Part shown: piece by piece, positions 9,838 to 21,623 of the stretch
How positions within the stretch are numbered: position 1 is the stretch's first letter
How the letters are laid out: every line of letters starts with the position of its first letter
DNA from: Macrostomum lignano
Lineage: Eukaryota
NCBI GenBank assembly: GCA_002269645.1
Contig: NIVC01004313.1
Span: forward strand, 1-50,843
Reading direction: 5' to 3'
DNA: 50,843 nt
The notes under the pieces: generated by a model
Told to the model about the DNA's origin: nothing
What the model saw: only the letters and a program-made list of their open reading frames with translations
Databases searched by the model: none
Position numbers and translations under genes: made by a program

Positions 9838-12800
9838 TCAGACAGCGGAGAAGCTCGCCAAGCCCCAGGCCAACGCCGTCGTGGCTGCCGCAGCTGTCAG
9901 CGTCAGCAGTGCAGCGGGTGAGCAGCGGCGGGCATCGGCTGCGGGGAGCCGCTTGGAGCTCCGCATCCGCATGGGCTCGTGCACCGAGCCTTCGCCGCGG
10001 CGGCCCTCGGCTCCGCCCTGCTCGTCCGGCTCCTTCGGCAGCCACAGGTCCGGCAGCTGCGGCTGCTGCGGCGGCGGCTGCGTCGGCAGTTGCGGCCGGC
10101 GTGTTGGCCACTGAGGCGGCCGCTGAGTCAAAGGCGGGAACTCCGGCACCTGCGGGGGCCACTCCGGCTGCTGCGGCGGCTGGACAGGCGGCAGCGGAGG
10201 CTCCACGCCACCGCTGGGCAGGCCGCTAATGTCCGGCGTCGGGCGCGGCGGCCACACCGGCGGCCACTCCGGCGGCGTCGGCCGCTGCGGTCGAACTGGC
10301 GGCCACTCCGGCGGCGTCGGGCGGGCAGGCAGCGGCGACTCTTCGTCGCCGGAGCCGACGGGTCCAGGCGGCTGCCGCGTTGACTCCGGCTGTTGCGGCG
10401 GCAGCGGCGGCCTCTCCGTACTGCCCAGCCGATCGTCGGGCTCCTCGTCAGGCTGGCCGACGCCGGAGCCGCCAGTGTCGATGGGGGCCGAGCTGCTGGT
10501 CGTGGTTGATTTGGTGGTGGTTGTCGGCGTTGTCGTTGTCGTCGTTGTGGTCGGAGCTGTGGTAGTTTTGGTTGTTGTGGTGGTGGTTGTCGTTGTCGTG
10601 CTGCTGCTGGTGGTGGTGGTGGGCGGCTCGGTGGGCAGCCAGAGCCGCTCGGTGGTTCGCTCGGTGTCGGGCAGCGCGGGAACCGCGGGTGGCTCGGCAT
10701 CGCCGGAGCTGATGGGGCGGCTGGGGCGGCTGGGGCTGACCGAGGGCGGATGGTCGCCACTGCCGACTCCGCCAGTCGGTCGCGACGATGACGGCGCAGG
10801 CGGCTGCGGCCACGGGGTCCAGCGCTCCAGCGGTGGGGGCGGCGGCCGAGTTGGGGCGAGCGTAGACAGCGCCAGCACCGTCGTATCGGCAGCCGCCGGC
10901 CTCCATCCAGCTGCGCCAGGACTGGATGACGAGGCCGGAGGAGGAGCCGCGCCGCTGCCCGAGGCACCGCCGAGGACACGCAGTGTCGAAGCGCCGGCGG
11001 CAGACATCGAGTTCGAGGGCGGCGGGCCCGGCAAGCCTGAGGACGCCGCGAAGTCGCCACGCTGCATCGGCAGGAGCCTAGCGAGCGTCCGCTCCCGATC
11101 GGTGGCCTCCCGGTACTCCCGGTAGCCCACGCCTCCCCTGGGCAGGCTGGTCGCGAGTTCGATTGCCGTGCGCAGCTCAGCCTGACGAGTTGCGACCGGC
11201 TCGGCTGGGCGGGACAGCGCCGACTCCGGCACAGACACCTCCGGGTTGGCCACCAGGTCGGGGCCGCTGGTGCCGCGCCTGGACCGCTGGTAGCTGTTGG
11301 GATTTCAGTGACGGGGCATTGAGTACTCGTGAATGCTAATGAAAAAGCTAATAACTTAACATCAGTACACCAGCACTTGAGTACACAAACACCCAATGTA
11401 CACTAGCACCCATGAGTACACAAGAACCCATGAGTACACAAGAACCCATGAGTACACCAACACCCATGAGTACACAAGCACCCATGAGTACACCAGCACC
11501 TAATGTACACCAGCACCTAATGTACACCAGCAGCCAATTTACACCAGCACCCAATGTACACCAGCACCCAATTTACACCAGCAGCCAATTTACACCAGCA
11601 GCCAATTTACACCAGCAGCCAATTTACACCAGCACCCGATGTACACCAGCACCCAATGTACACCAGCACCCGATGTACACTAGCACCCGATGTACACCAG
11701 CACCCATCCCTCGCACAGCGGGCGCACCTGGCTACAGCGGTGCCATTCCAGCAGGCATCAGGCCGGGGCTCCGCCTGGCAGTCCTTCTGCACCAGCTGCT
11801 CCCAGTTGAAGAAGCCGCGCAGCGCTCGAAGCTCCGCCCTGACCTGGCCGACCAGTTCGGTGAGGCGGGCCTGCCTGCTGCTGTCATCCGCTGGCGATTC
11901 CACAGTCCTCGCATCCGTAGGCCCGCCTGCGCCAGTCGCCGATGAGGCGCCAATCATGGCGCCGGTTTTCAGACGCGGAGTCCCGCAGGCGCCGGTGATC
12001 CGTGCCTGCAGCTGGTCCTTGCGCTCCTGCATCTCCATGATTCCGACGCTTATGCGTAAGCCGAGCTGCCGCAACGCCTGCAGAACAGATGCGGGTTTGA
12101 GGGAAAATAAATCTCAGCAATAAATGAAAGCATTTTTCTCATGCAGTTTGGAATTTCCCCATAGCCACAGTATATCCAACAGTAAGCGGACATGCAGCAC
12201 ATGCAGCACTAATTAATGGTTTTGTATGACTGAGTAGGTGAGTGAGTGAGAGAGTGAGAGAGTGAGAGAGTGAGTGAGAGAGTGAGTGAGTGAGTGAGTG
12301 AGTGAGTGAGTGAGTAAATGAATGAATCAGTGATTGAATTGGTGAAGGAGTGAAAAAGTGAAGGAGTGAATCGGTGAGTGAATCAGTGAAGGAGTGAAGG
12401 AGTGAATCGGTGAGTGAATGAGTGAAGGAGTGAATCGGTGAGTGAAGGAGTGAAGGAGCGAATCGGTAAGTCAATGAGTGAAGGAGTGAATCGGTGAGTA
12501 AATGAGTGAATCGGTGAGTGAATGAGTGAATTGGTGAGTGAATGAGTGAATCGGTGACGGTGAGTGAATGAGGAATTGGTAAGTAAATGAGTGAAGGAGT
12601 AAATCAGTGCGAATATGTGAATCAGTGTGAATGAGTGAATCAGTGTGAATGAGTGAATCAGTGTGAATGAGTGAATCAGTGTGAATGAGTGAATCAGTGT
12701 GAATGAGTGAATCAGTGTGAATGAGTGAATCAGTGTGAATGAGTGAATCAGTGTGAATGAGTGAATCAGTGTGAATGAGTGAATCAGTGTGAATGAGTGA

Positions 12801-14069
12801 ATCAGTGTAAATGAGTGAAACAGTTTGAATGAGTGAATGAGTGAATCAGTGTGAATCAGTGAATGAGTGTGAATGAGTGAATGAGTGTGAATGAGTGAAT
12901 CAGTGTGAATGAGTGAATCAGTGGGAATGAGTGAATCAGCGTGAATGAGTGAATCAGTGTGAATGAGTGAATCAGTGGGAATGAGTGAATCAGCGTGAAT
13001 GAGTGATTTAGCGTGAATGAGATTTAGCGTGAATAAGTGAAACGGTGAGTGAATGAGTGAATCAGTGGGAACGAGTGAATCAGCGTGAATGAGTGATTTA
13101 GCGTGAATAAGTGAAACGGTGAGTGAATGAGTGAGTGGCTGCAGCGCTCACCATGCGCATGCTGCTAGCGCCGTCAACCAGTCCGGCCATTCTCTCCAGC
13201 TCGGCCAGCAGCTGGTCGAAGGGCGCCGCCAGCGGTGACAGGCCGGCCAGGCAGCCGGCGGCCACATTGGCGCACAGATTGTAGCAGGGATTTGCCGTGG
13301 CGACGCCGTCACACCAGGCGCAGTAGTGGGCGCGCATTCTGGCGCGCAGGCAGTCGGCGCTCAGCTGCACCCCGTGGCCGGAGGTGACGCCGCGCAGAGT
13401 CTCGGCCAGACTGGCCAGGCCCAGCAGGAATCGGCGCCCGGCAACAAAAGCTTTGAGCAGCTCGGCGCCAACCTGGTCTGGCGTTGAGCCGAGCGGTCTG
13501 AGGGCGCCAAATTGGCGCTTAGCACAGTCCAGATAGCGCCGGTCCAGCTCGTAGTTGTTCATGGTGAGGGCGAACACCCGCACCGCGATGGCGTCGAACA
13601 GGTCGCTGGCAACGCCCGCCACCGGCCCGGAGGCCGGATCGCCGCGGACGTAGGCGGCCAGCTGGTCGAAGAAGGCGGTGAAGGGCGCCTTGTTGGCCAG
13701 GTAGGAGTAGCCGTAGATGCTCTTGAGGCTGCTGTCCAGCTCACGCCTGGAGGCCTCGATCAGCTGCAGCTGCAGGCGCTGCAACTCGAACATGAGCGAG
13801 TCCAGCCTGGCGGCCCTCGGCGACGTCAGCTCGCGCACTCGGCGGCGCAGCTCGTCGCGCGATGTTGCCAGCAGGGTGTCCTCCATGGCCCGGGAGCAGC
13901 AGGTGGCCCGCTGCTGGCAGACGGACAGGTGAGCGCCAGAGAACAGCCGGTTTACCTGCATCACGTCAAGGCCTTTGCTGGCGTAGGCGGCCGTCACGGC
14001 GCCGCAGTCGGGGGCAGCCGAGGAGGCGGCCAGCAGCGGCAGCAGCAGAAGCAGATTCTGCAACATCAT
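9838..14069 (-). CDS. GPC: Glypican (heparan-sulfate proteoglycan, GPI-anchored), 3 exons: 14069-13152, 12077-11728, 11293-9838; 907 aa
   Basis: Signal peptide MMLQNLLLLLPLLAASSA. Motifs HLSVCQQRATCCSRAME, YCAWC..PCYNLC..GCLA, IMEMQE...CG.P, CWNGT and NPEV. The core has 14 Cys. GT-AG junctions keep frame (phase 0, then phase 2). Ser-Gly sites and a hydrophobic C-terminal GPI signal are present. Symbol is family-level only. Confidence 0.93.
11362..11705. repeat. 17-18-bp minisatellite (ATGAGTACACAAGAACCC / ATGTACACCAGCACCCA variants) filling glypican intron 2
   Basis: Direct reading. Confidence 0.9.
12225..13140. repeat. (GTGA)-based satellite, 18-bp unit GTGTGAATGAGTGAATCA, filling glypican intron 1
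   Basis: Direct reading. Confidence 0.92.
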
Positions 14070-14104
14070 TTCACTGCCGGAGTGCGGAGCTGCTGACAGT
14101 CAGA

Positions 14105-14111
14105 CTTTATA
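14105..14111 (-). promoter_or_regulatory. Possible TATA box (TATAAAG) of the glypican gene
   Basis: TATAAAG on the minus strand about 36-42 bp upstream of ATG 14069; motif match only. Confidence 0.25.
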
Positions 14112-14919
14112 GAGGCCGGCTTCAAGTCGATGCCGGCTGAAAGACGACAATTTTTGCTGGGGCTGAGAATTTCTGCTTCAAGTTAAAGAAGAGAGCTTGT
14201 GTTTGGCACTATAGACTCCTATTGCTTAGTTGACCAAATTCAATTGGGCAGGAAGGATATTGGAAAGTGTGCTTCTGGCCAACAGCTCTCCTAACCTCAG
14301 GCAGATACACAATCAAGCTCCTAGAAGGAAGGAAGCTATATGCTAATGTTAAGGAATAAAATTCACCGGCAATGCAGATTCCGGAAACGACAGTCCAGTC
14401 AGCGAGTGTGCAAGTCGGGACTGAAAGTTGAGGAAAAATTTCCCAACAGCACAGCTGGGTCCAGGTAGCGAGCGGCTTCGCTAACAGTTGTGCGTTAAAG
14501 CTTTAAGAGGCAGGGGAGGGGGGCAGCGGCAGCACAGAGAGCACCCAACCAGCCGAGGGCAGAGATAGGGGGGGGGGTCATATATGGCTGGTTTGGGCCG
14601 CAGCTTATGACTAAGACGCCGGGGGGGGGGAGAAAGCCGGAGGGTTGATGCCGGAGACTCCGCAGATTGGGTGATGGAGAGCAGGGAGGGAGGCTGTGCA
14701 GAGGGAAAGGAAAACGAAGGTTAAAGCCGTGCAAGCCCAGTCAACCAAGGAGATCTTCAGGTAAAATTCGGAGTGGCAACTCGTCCCTAAGCACGGGTCA
14801 GAGTGAAAAATCATCGGTCGCTTGTTTCGCTGGCTGGTCCCTGATAGCCAATGCCAATCGCCAAAATGGACTCGACCTCAAAAGTAATCGCAAAATCCCG
14901 ATCTGATCCCAAGATTTTG

Positions 14920-15670
14920 GGGATATTGAACCCATCCCCAGATTTCAAAGCCCCATTTCTCTCTGATATTGACCCGATCCCGGGATTCGGGGATATTGAC
15001 CCGATTCCCTAGATTAGGGGAAATTGACCCGATCCTGATATTTGGGAATGTTGACCTGCTGATCCCACGATTAGGGGATATTGACCCGATTCCCTAGATA
15101 AGGGGAAATTGACCCGATCCTGGTATTTGGGAATGTTGACCCGATACCGAGATTAGGGAATGTTGACCTGATGCCGAGATTAGGGGATGTTGACCCGATC
15201 CCGGGATTTGGGGACATTGACCCGATTCCTGGATTAGGGGATATTGACCCGATTCCTGGATTAGGGGATATTGACCCAATCCCCTGGATTAGGGGATATT
15301 GACCCAATCCCCTGGATTAGGGGATATTGACCCAATCCCCTGGATTAGGAGATATTGACTCAATCCCCTGGATTAGGGGATATTGACCCAATCCCCTGGA
15401 TTAGGGGATATTGACCCAATCCCCTGGATTAGGGGATATTGACCCAATCCCCTGGATTAGGGGATATTGACCCAATCCCCTGGATTAGGGGATATTGACC
15501 CGATCCCCTGGATTGGGGGATATTGACCCAATCCCCTGGATTAGGGGAAATAGATCCCATCCTGGTATTTGGGAATGTTGACCTGATCCCGGGATTCGGG
15601 GATATTGACCCGATCGCCAGATTTGGGGATGTTGATCCGATCCCGGGATTTTGGGATATTGACCGACCCC
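14920..15670. repeat. 26-28-bp minisatellite GGATTAGGGGATATTGACCCAATCCCCT with an internal hairpin
   Basis: Homogeneous 28-bp core at ~15270-15530, diverged units on both flanks. AGGGGAT...ATCCCCT is an inverted repeat within each core unit. Confidence 0.92.
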
Positions 15671-16240
15671 TATCTGAGGAAAGGAGCTTCTAGTCCAGAA
15701 TCTCTTCCTAGATCTCCTTGGACCCACCGACTGTCTCCCCCACCCCAAAGAACGGAGACTGCAGCTGTGCAGTGCAAACAGGGTGGGAAGCTGCTGGAGC
15801 CGGGATTTTTACTGCAGCCGCTAATAACGCAAGTTTAGTGCGATGCCCAAACCCCAACCCCGCACCCAATTTCAAGAATTCCAAAAGGCGCATCATCGAA
15901 CGAAGCCATCAAGGCAGCGGCGAGGATGCCCGTGGACAGCCAGCGCCTCCTTCCTACTGGCTGAATTTACGTTTCTTTGCGGATAAAGGAAGGGGGGTTC
16001 CCTGCAAAGGCAAATCTGATTGCGGAGTTCGAGTCCGGCCTGCCTGAGGGGTTGTCTGCCTCTGGGGAAGGCGGCCAAATGAAATCAGAGGGCAGCCGGG
16101 CGAATTGGGAAAACGTTTTCACTTCGCGCTTTGTGGCCAGCCAGGCAGGCAATAAAAAACTTTTCCTTAGACTGTGAGAGATTCAATTCAGACTACTGTC
16201 AAAAGTAGACGAAAAAATTCGTAAAATCGTGAGGATGGGT

Positions 16241-17006
16241 GGAGGGCGATTCCTGAGGATGGGGTGGAGGGCGATTCCTGAGGATGGGGTGGAGGGCGAC
16301 TCCTGAAGATGGGGTGGAGGGCGATTCCTGAGGATGGGGTGGAGGGCGATTCCTGAGGATGGGGTGGAGGGCGATTCCTGATGATGGTGGAGGGCGATTC
16401 CTGAGGATGGGGTGGAGGGCGATTCCTGAGGATGGGGTGGAGGGCGACTCCTGAAGATGGGGTGGAGGGCGATTCCTGAGGATGGGGTGGAGGGCGATTC
16501 CTGAGGATGGGGTGGAGGGCGATTCCTGATGATGGTGGAGGGCGATTCCTGAGGATGGGGTGGAGGGCGATTCCTGAGGATGGGGTGGAGGGCGACTCCT
16601 GAAGATGGGGTGGAGGGCGATTCCTGAGGATGGGGTGGAGGGCGATTCCTGAGGATGGGGTGGAGGGCGATTCCTGATGATGGTGGAGGGCGATTCCTGA
16701 GGATGGGGTGGAGGGCGACTCCTGAAGATGGGGTGGAGGGCGATTCCTGAGGATGGGGTGGAGGGCGATTCCTGAGGATGGGGTGGAGGGCGATTCCTGA
16801 TGATGGTGGAGGGCGATTCCTGAGGATGGGGTGGAGGGCGACTCCTGAAGATGGGGTGGAGGGCGATTCCTGAGGATGGGGTGGAGGGCGATTCCTGAGG
16901 ATGGGGTGGAGGGCGACTCCTGAAGATGGGGTGGAGGGCGATTCCTGAGGATGGGGTGGAGGGCGATTCCTGAGGATGGGGTGGAGGGCGATTCCTGAGG
17001 ATGGGG
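16241..17006. repeat. 25-bp G-rich minisatellite GGAGGGCGATTCCTGAGGATGGGGT, 31 units with higher-order structure
   Basis: Variant order (AABAAC)x3, ABAAC, ABAABAAA, where B has GACTCCTGAAG and C is a 23-bp unit. Confidence 0.95.
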
Positions 17007-18474
17007 TTTGGCATATAGTAGGGGTACAGGTACACAAATAATTTACTAATATATTCTAGTATACACTTGCTAGACCAATCGCTATCTTCTTGACTATGTT
17101 CTATACTTTTGCTTCTATTGTCCTATATATTTATATCTATAACAATAGCTCTACCAAACCAGCTGAGATTATGTACTAATTCATGTATTAGCCTAACAAA
17201 CATGCTAGCCATGAAACTTAGTTTTGACTAAAAGTAAAAGTTAGTTTTACAAATTGTCAAATAATTAATCATTGAGCTTGCTATTTGCTATTGATCTGCA
17301 ATAATTTATTATAGCTAGATTTGCCAGGTTGGCTAGTAGTTGTGCATATATTAGTACTATACTATACTCTAGGGTGTCTATACATTTTTTATTTCCAAAT
17401 TCTAAGTTCTTTCCAAGTTCACAATGACCATTTTCTAGGTGGTTTCAGGTTACAAAGTGCCATTAACCAATTTAAAAATAGAAGTTGCAAACCTATTTTA
17501 TAAGCAATTTTAGAATACTATCATTTTGGAAAAGAAGCTCTATTTCATGATAAAAAATTCATGCTACTATGTTGATTACTAAAAAAATCATACTTGACCA
17601 TATTTTTTCCTTCAAAAACATTTTACCAATATTTATACCTATCTTATGGATAGCAGTAGATATGACTGATTTAAATTATATATGTTTATACAAAATGTAC
17701 AAAGTGAAAAAGGCATATAATTTTTAAAAAAAATAAGTTTAGATAAGCTATATACTAATGTAAAAAATTCAAGAGAAGCATTTAGAAATCAATGCAAAAT
17801 TCATGAGGAGGATTCTCTATGTTTATATGTCTGAATATTCTAGGACAAATTCTAAATGATTTACATAAAAATAAAATAGTTTAATAGGCCTATGACAGTT
17901 TGAATTTTTTCTTAAATATACTCATGTAATAATCTTTTGATAGAATTTCTGAAATATACAAAGCATAAATCTTAAACAAAATAACTATAGTTTAAGCTGA
18001 TATTATAAAGTATCTCCTATCAGTAAAATGACCATCTCACCAAATTTTCCATTTTTTACTAAAGCCAAAGATGAAGCATATTTATTATAGAAGTAAATTG
18101 TCCTTCAAACATGTCACCAATATGACTTGTCACTGAAAAAACCTGTATCCCTTATTTTTTTAGTTTTTTCTAGGCTTTTTCTAAACTAAAATGTTTTTAG
18201 CTGATTTGTCCTATATCTAGGTCCTCCAAGTGCCCTTCTAAATTCTAAGTCTAAGTTTTTGATTCCAAGCAGTTACCTAGAATCTTTTTTAAAGTTTATT
18301 ATGCCTAGCCATATAATTTAATTTTATAACTTATTTAAAAGCATAATAAAATTCTTTAATTTCTTACCAAACTTTTTCAAGAGTCAAAATTGTCAAATAT
18401 TAAAAGTCTACAATTTTGCAAATCACCCTTGGTTTAGACTTTAGGCCTTAGACTTAGACTTTAGCAGTGTTGGG

Positions 18475-19206
18475 CACTGTTCACGGAGGGCAGTGTTCAC
18501 GGTGCCCTCCGACTTGCCGGCCAAGATCAATTACCGAGACGCTGCTGGGAATGCATTTATGCTTACCCGCTACGAGTGCTTTGTGTACCTTGGCAGTTCC
18601 GTGCCGGACATTGCCAACGACCTGAAGAGACAATGAGGACTGGCCTGGGCCGCATTTTGATTTGTGCGCTCTGTGCTCCAATCTGAGGCCCTGGATGACG
18701 GGCTCAAGGCTTGGCTGTTTCAGGCAGTCATTGAGACTGTCCTGTTGTACAATGCCAAGACTTGGACCCTGATGGACGCCTTGGAGAAGCAGCTGGACGC
18801 TGCGCATGCGGTAATGCTGCGTGCAGCTTTTGGAGTGCACAGTGGCCCAGGCAGCAAGACCATTGCCACGCTCTACACTAGGGCACGCCTGACGCGGCCT
18901 TCTGACCTGCTGCGCGGGTGGTGACTTCGACTGGCTGGCCATGTCATCCGGTCAGAGGCCCGCTGTCCTGAGCCGCTACATGACGTGCTGCTCCTCAAGC
19001 TGCAGGGACTGCGGAGGCAAGGCCAAGGGCAAATGGTGCGATATCCTGACTGACTTCTGAGTGACGCTGGCACCCTGGACCAAGCAGGGGGATGCGACTT
19101 CCTGAGGGCAATGGCCCAGAGACGCACTTTCTGACTGCTCCCCCCTTTCTGGCTACTGCGTGGCCGGTGGGAGCAGTACCTTGTTGTTGTTGTTGTTGTT
19201 GTTGTT
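18475..19206 (+). mobile_element. 5'-truncated, degenerate RTE-like non-LTR retrotransposon (RT C-terminus plus (TTG)n tail)
   Basis: Reads FVYLGS...GLAWAAF*FVRSVL...LFQAVIETVLLYNAKTWTL...LDAAHAVMLRAAFG...W*LRLAGHVIR. Ends in a (TTG) tract at 19181-19206. Several stops. Confidence 0.85.
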
Positions 19207-19633
19207 CTACTCTTAATATTCTTTGATAAGCACAGCCTTTACTATGAATATTCTAAACCATTGTTATTCCTAAAGTAATACATTGGTGCTATTGAGTGTA
19301 CTTTGCATTGTTAATTAATTTTAGCTTTGGTACTTGTACCATTTGAATCAAAATGCAAAAGAAGTGAATGCATTGAGATATTGTGAAATTATTAAATTAA
19401 TGTGGGCAATATGCATCCAAAAAAGGAGCATAAGAGAAACAAAGACAAAATTATATTTTATAGAGTGACCAGCAATTATTTAAATGTTGTTGAAATAAAA
19501 TGTTAAATGCATCACTTTGTAGACACTTTGGACAACTGTTGTCCATTGTTTAAAAACAACAATTGTTCATTAATTTACTATCAAATGCACAATTTGAAAA
19601 AATGAAAAACAAGTAAAAAAATTTACATTATAG

Positions 19634-20279
19634 TAGTGTTCCGCCATAGCCATAGCTACAGCTAGGGGATCCTATGGCAAATACGGTAAAATAGGTGCCT
19701 ACGGCAGCTACAGATACGCCTATGGTAGCTAGCTGCTCTTATGGCTATGACTACGGAAATATGGTAATTGCTATCACATTCCATAGATCCCCATAGCTAT
19801 AGTTATTAATGTTAAAAATTGAAAAAAAAATATTAGAAACAGGTTGAGTAAAACAAAGATACTTTTAGTAAACTTTATTATCAACCTAGAAATTTATAAA
19901 ATATACCTAAAAAAGTACAATAAAACACTAGCAAACTCTAATTTTTATTAATAGGAAAAAGTTCAGCATTAGTACTTTCAGTAGCGATTAAATATTGTTG
20001 CTCTGAAAAAAGACAAAATATAATCTTACAAAGGCAATCGAGTGTTTCTTTTATTTTCTAACTTAATTTGCAGTCATTTAAGCACTAGATTATCTTTTTG
20101 ATTCAAAGTATTTTGTTTTTTAGACTTTTTGTTAAAACTACAGCTATGGCTACAGGAACTATAGGAATATAGTAATATTGGGGTCCCTACAGCTAAGGAA
20201 TATGGAGAATTGGAATAAGCTATAGTTTTGCTTATGGCTATGGCTACGGTATATAGACCCTCCTTATGGCGAAACACTA
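19634..20279. mobile_element. MITE-like non-autonomous DNA element (hAT-like)
   Basis: Terminal inverted repeats TAGTGTTCCGCCATA / TATGGCGAAACACTA (1 mismatch in 15). Flanks CATTATAG / TATCATAG match 6 of 8 as a target-site duplication. Subterminal CCATAG/CTATGG repeats; no ORF. Confidence 0.6.
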
Positions 20280-20944
20280 TATCATAGATAACTATTACTA
20301 ACTTCCATAAAGATATTTTGCACTTCTATTACAAATTATTATATCTGTAGTCTATCTGTAAATTATTACATCTATATAACATTTGTTTTATGTGGCTGTT
20401 TTGTTGTGTGGCCATTTTGCATATGTCTGTTTTGACAGCAGGCATCTATAATTTGTTAGCTATATTAGCCAGGTTACCTGGCAATTATAATTTATTATAT
20501 ATTAATATTTATATAAATGCAATGCACCAATTGGCAAACCTAGCTAGTCTGTCTAGTTAACTTATAATTTTTTATATATAATTATTTTTCAAAATTTTAA
20601 CAAAGTTTTAACAATAGAAAATAATAGAAAGTTTATTAAAGTACTAAATCGAAAGTTTTAGATATTTTAGTAATGCACCATCCAAAATAAGGCCTAGGAT
20701 GTTGACTAAAACAAATTATTGTACAGATAGCAACAATGCTACAGAAACTTGTTAAGGTAAATATTGAATAAAGCCTTCAAGGTGCTAGGCATGCGCATAG
20801 CCCTAAAGTGGGCCTTAGTATAGGCCTATGTATTTTCTATGGTGTTTTATATGGATATCTGGGTTATTAAGGTCTAGGGGCCTACAAAGTTTAAATGGTT
20901 AAGCAGGTAGTTGTAGGCCTGCCATGCCATTGGTCTATGCCATA

Positions 20945-21623
20945 CTCAGGAAGGTGGCCTACATGCAGGAATTTTCTCGCGTGCACAAGCCACGCTAAAA
21001 TTTTGGCATGCAAAGTTGGCGTGCAAATAGGGGTCTCAAGCCACGCCTAAATTTTCAGCGTACAAGTTTTTTACTTGGCGTGTAACCTTGGCATGCAATT
21101 ACAAACTGACAGTATATCAACAAGTTAGATATAGATGTATACACTATATATATACAATATATAAAGTTAAACGTGAACAATTGAATTTGAATATTGATTA
21201 AACCAACTAGTTGAGGCTACAGCCTAGCCTACAGCCAGGCCTACACTCTACAGCCTGCATTAAAATTAAAATATCCAATAACTTTTAAACGCTCTTATTT
21301 TGTGACTCTTGTAGACTTTTAGTTTATTTGTTTCTTGAAATTTGAAGAAAAAGTTTTAGATACTCACTATGTTCTTTGTAACGAATTTCCTTTTTTTATA
21401 TAAACTTTGTTTAATGTAAGTAGAAAATTTATTTAAAAATAGTATCTAATATGGTTAATATTCAAATCACACATACATGAGGCGTACATGATTTTTGGTA
21501 TTCAAGATTTTTGGCGTGCAACAGAAACGTCATGTTAAGGGTTTTAAAAAATTGGCATACATTGGCATACACCAAGGATTTTTCCATAAATTGATTCCCG
21601 CATGCACTTGCCACCTTCCTGAC
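20945..21623. mobile_element. MITE-like element with ~28-bp imperfect TIRs, TA-flanked
   Basis: TCAGGAAGGTGGC is perfectly inverted at both ends and extends imperfectly to CATGC(A/G)GGAAT. TA at 20943-44 and 21624-25. Internal TTGGC(G/A)TGCA repeats. Confidence 0.6.

Noticed and set aside
10229-11125. 298-aa plus-strand ORF with a Val-rich hydrophobic stretch
   Set aside because: Antisense shadow of the glypican Thr tract in GC-rich sequence; no independent evidence.
14920-15670. CRISPR-like array (28-bp palindromic repeats)
   Set aside because: Units are head-to-tail with no unique spacers, there are no cas genes, and the context is eukaryotic.
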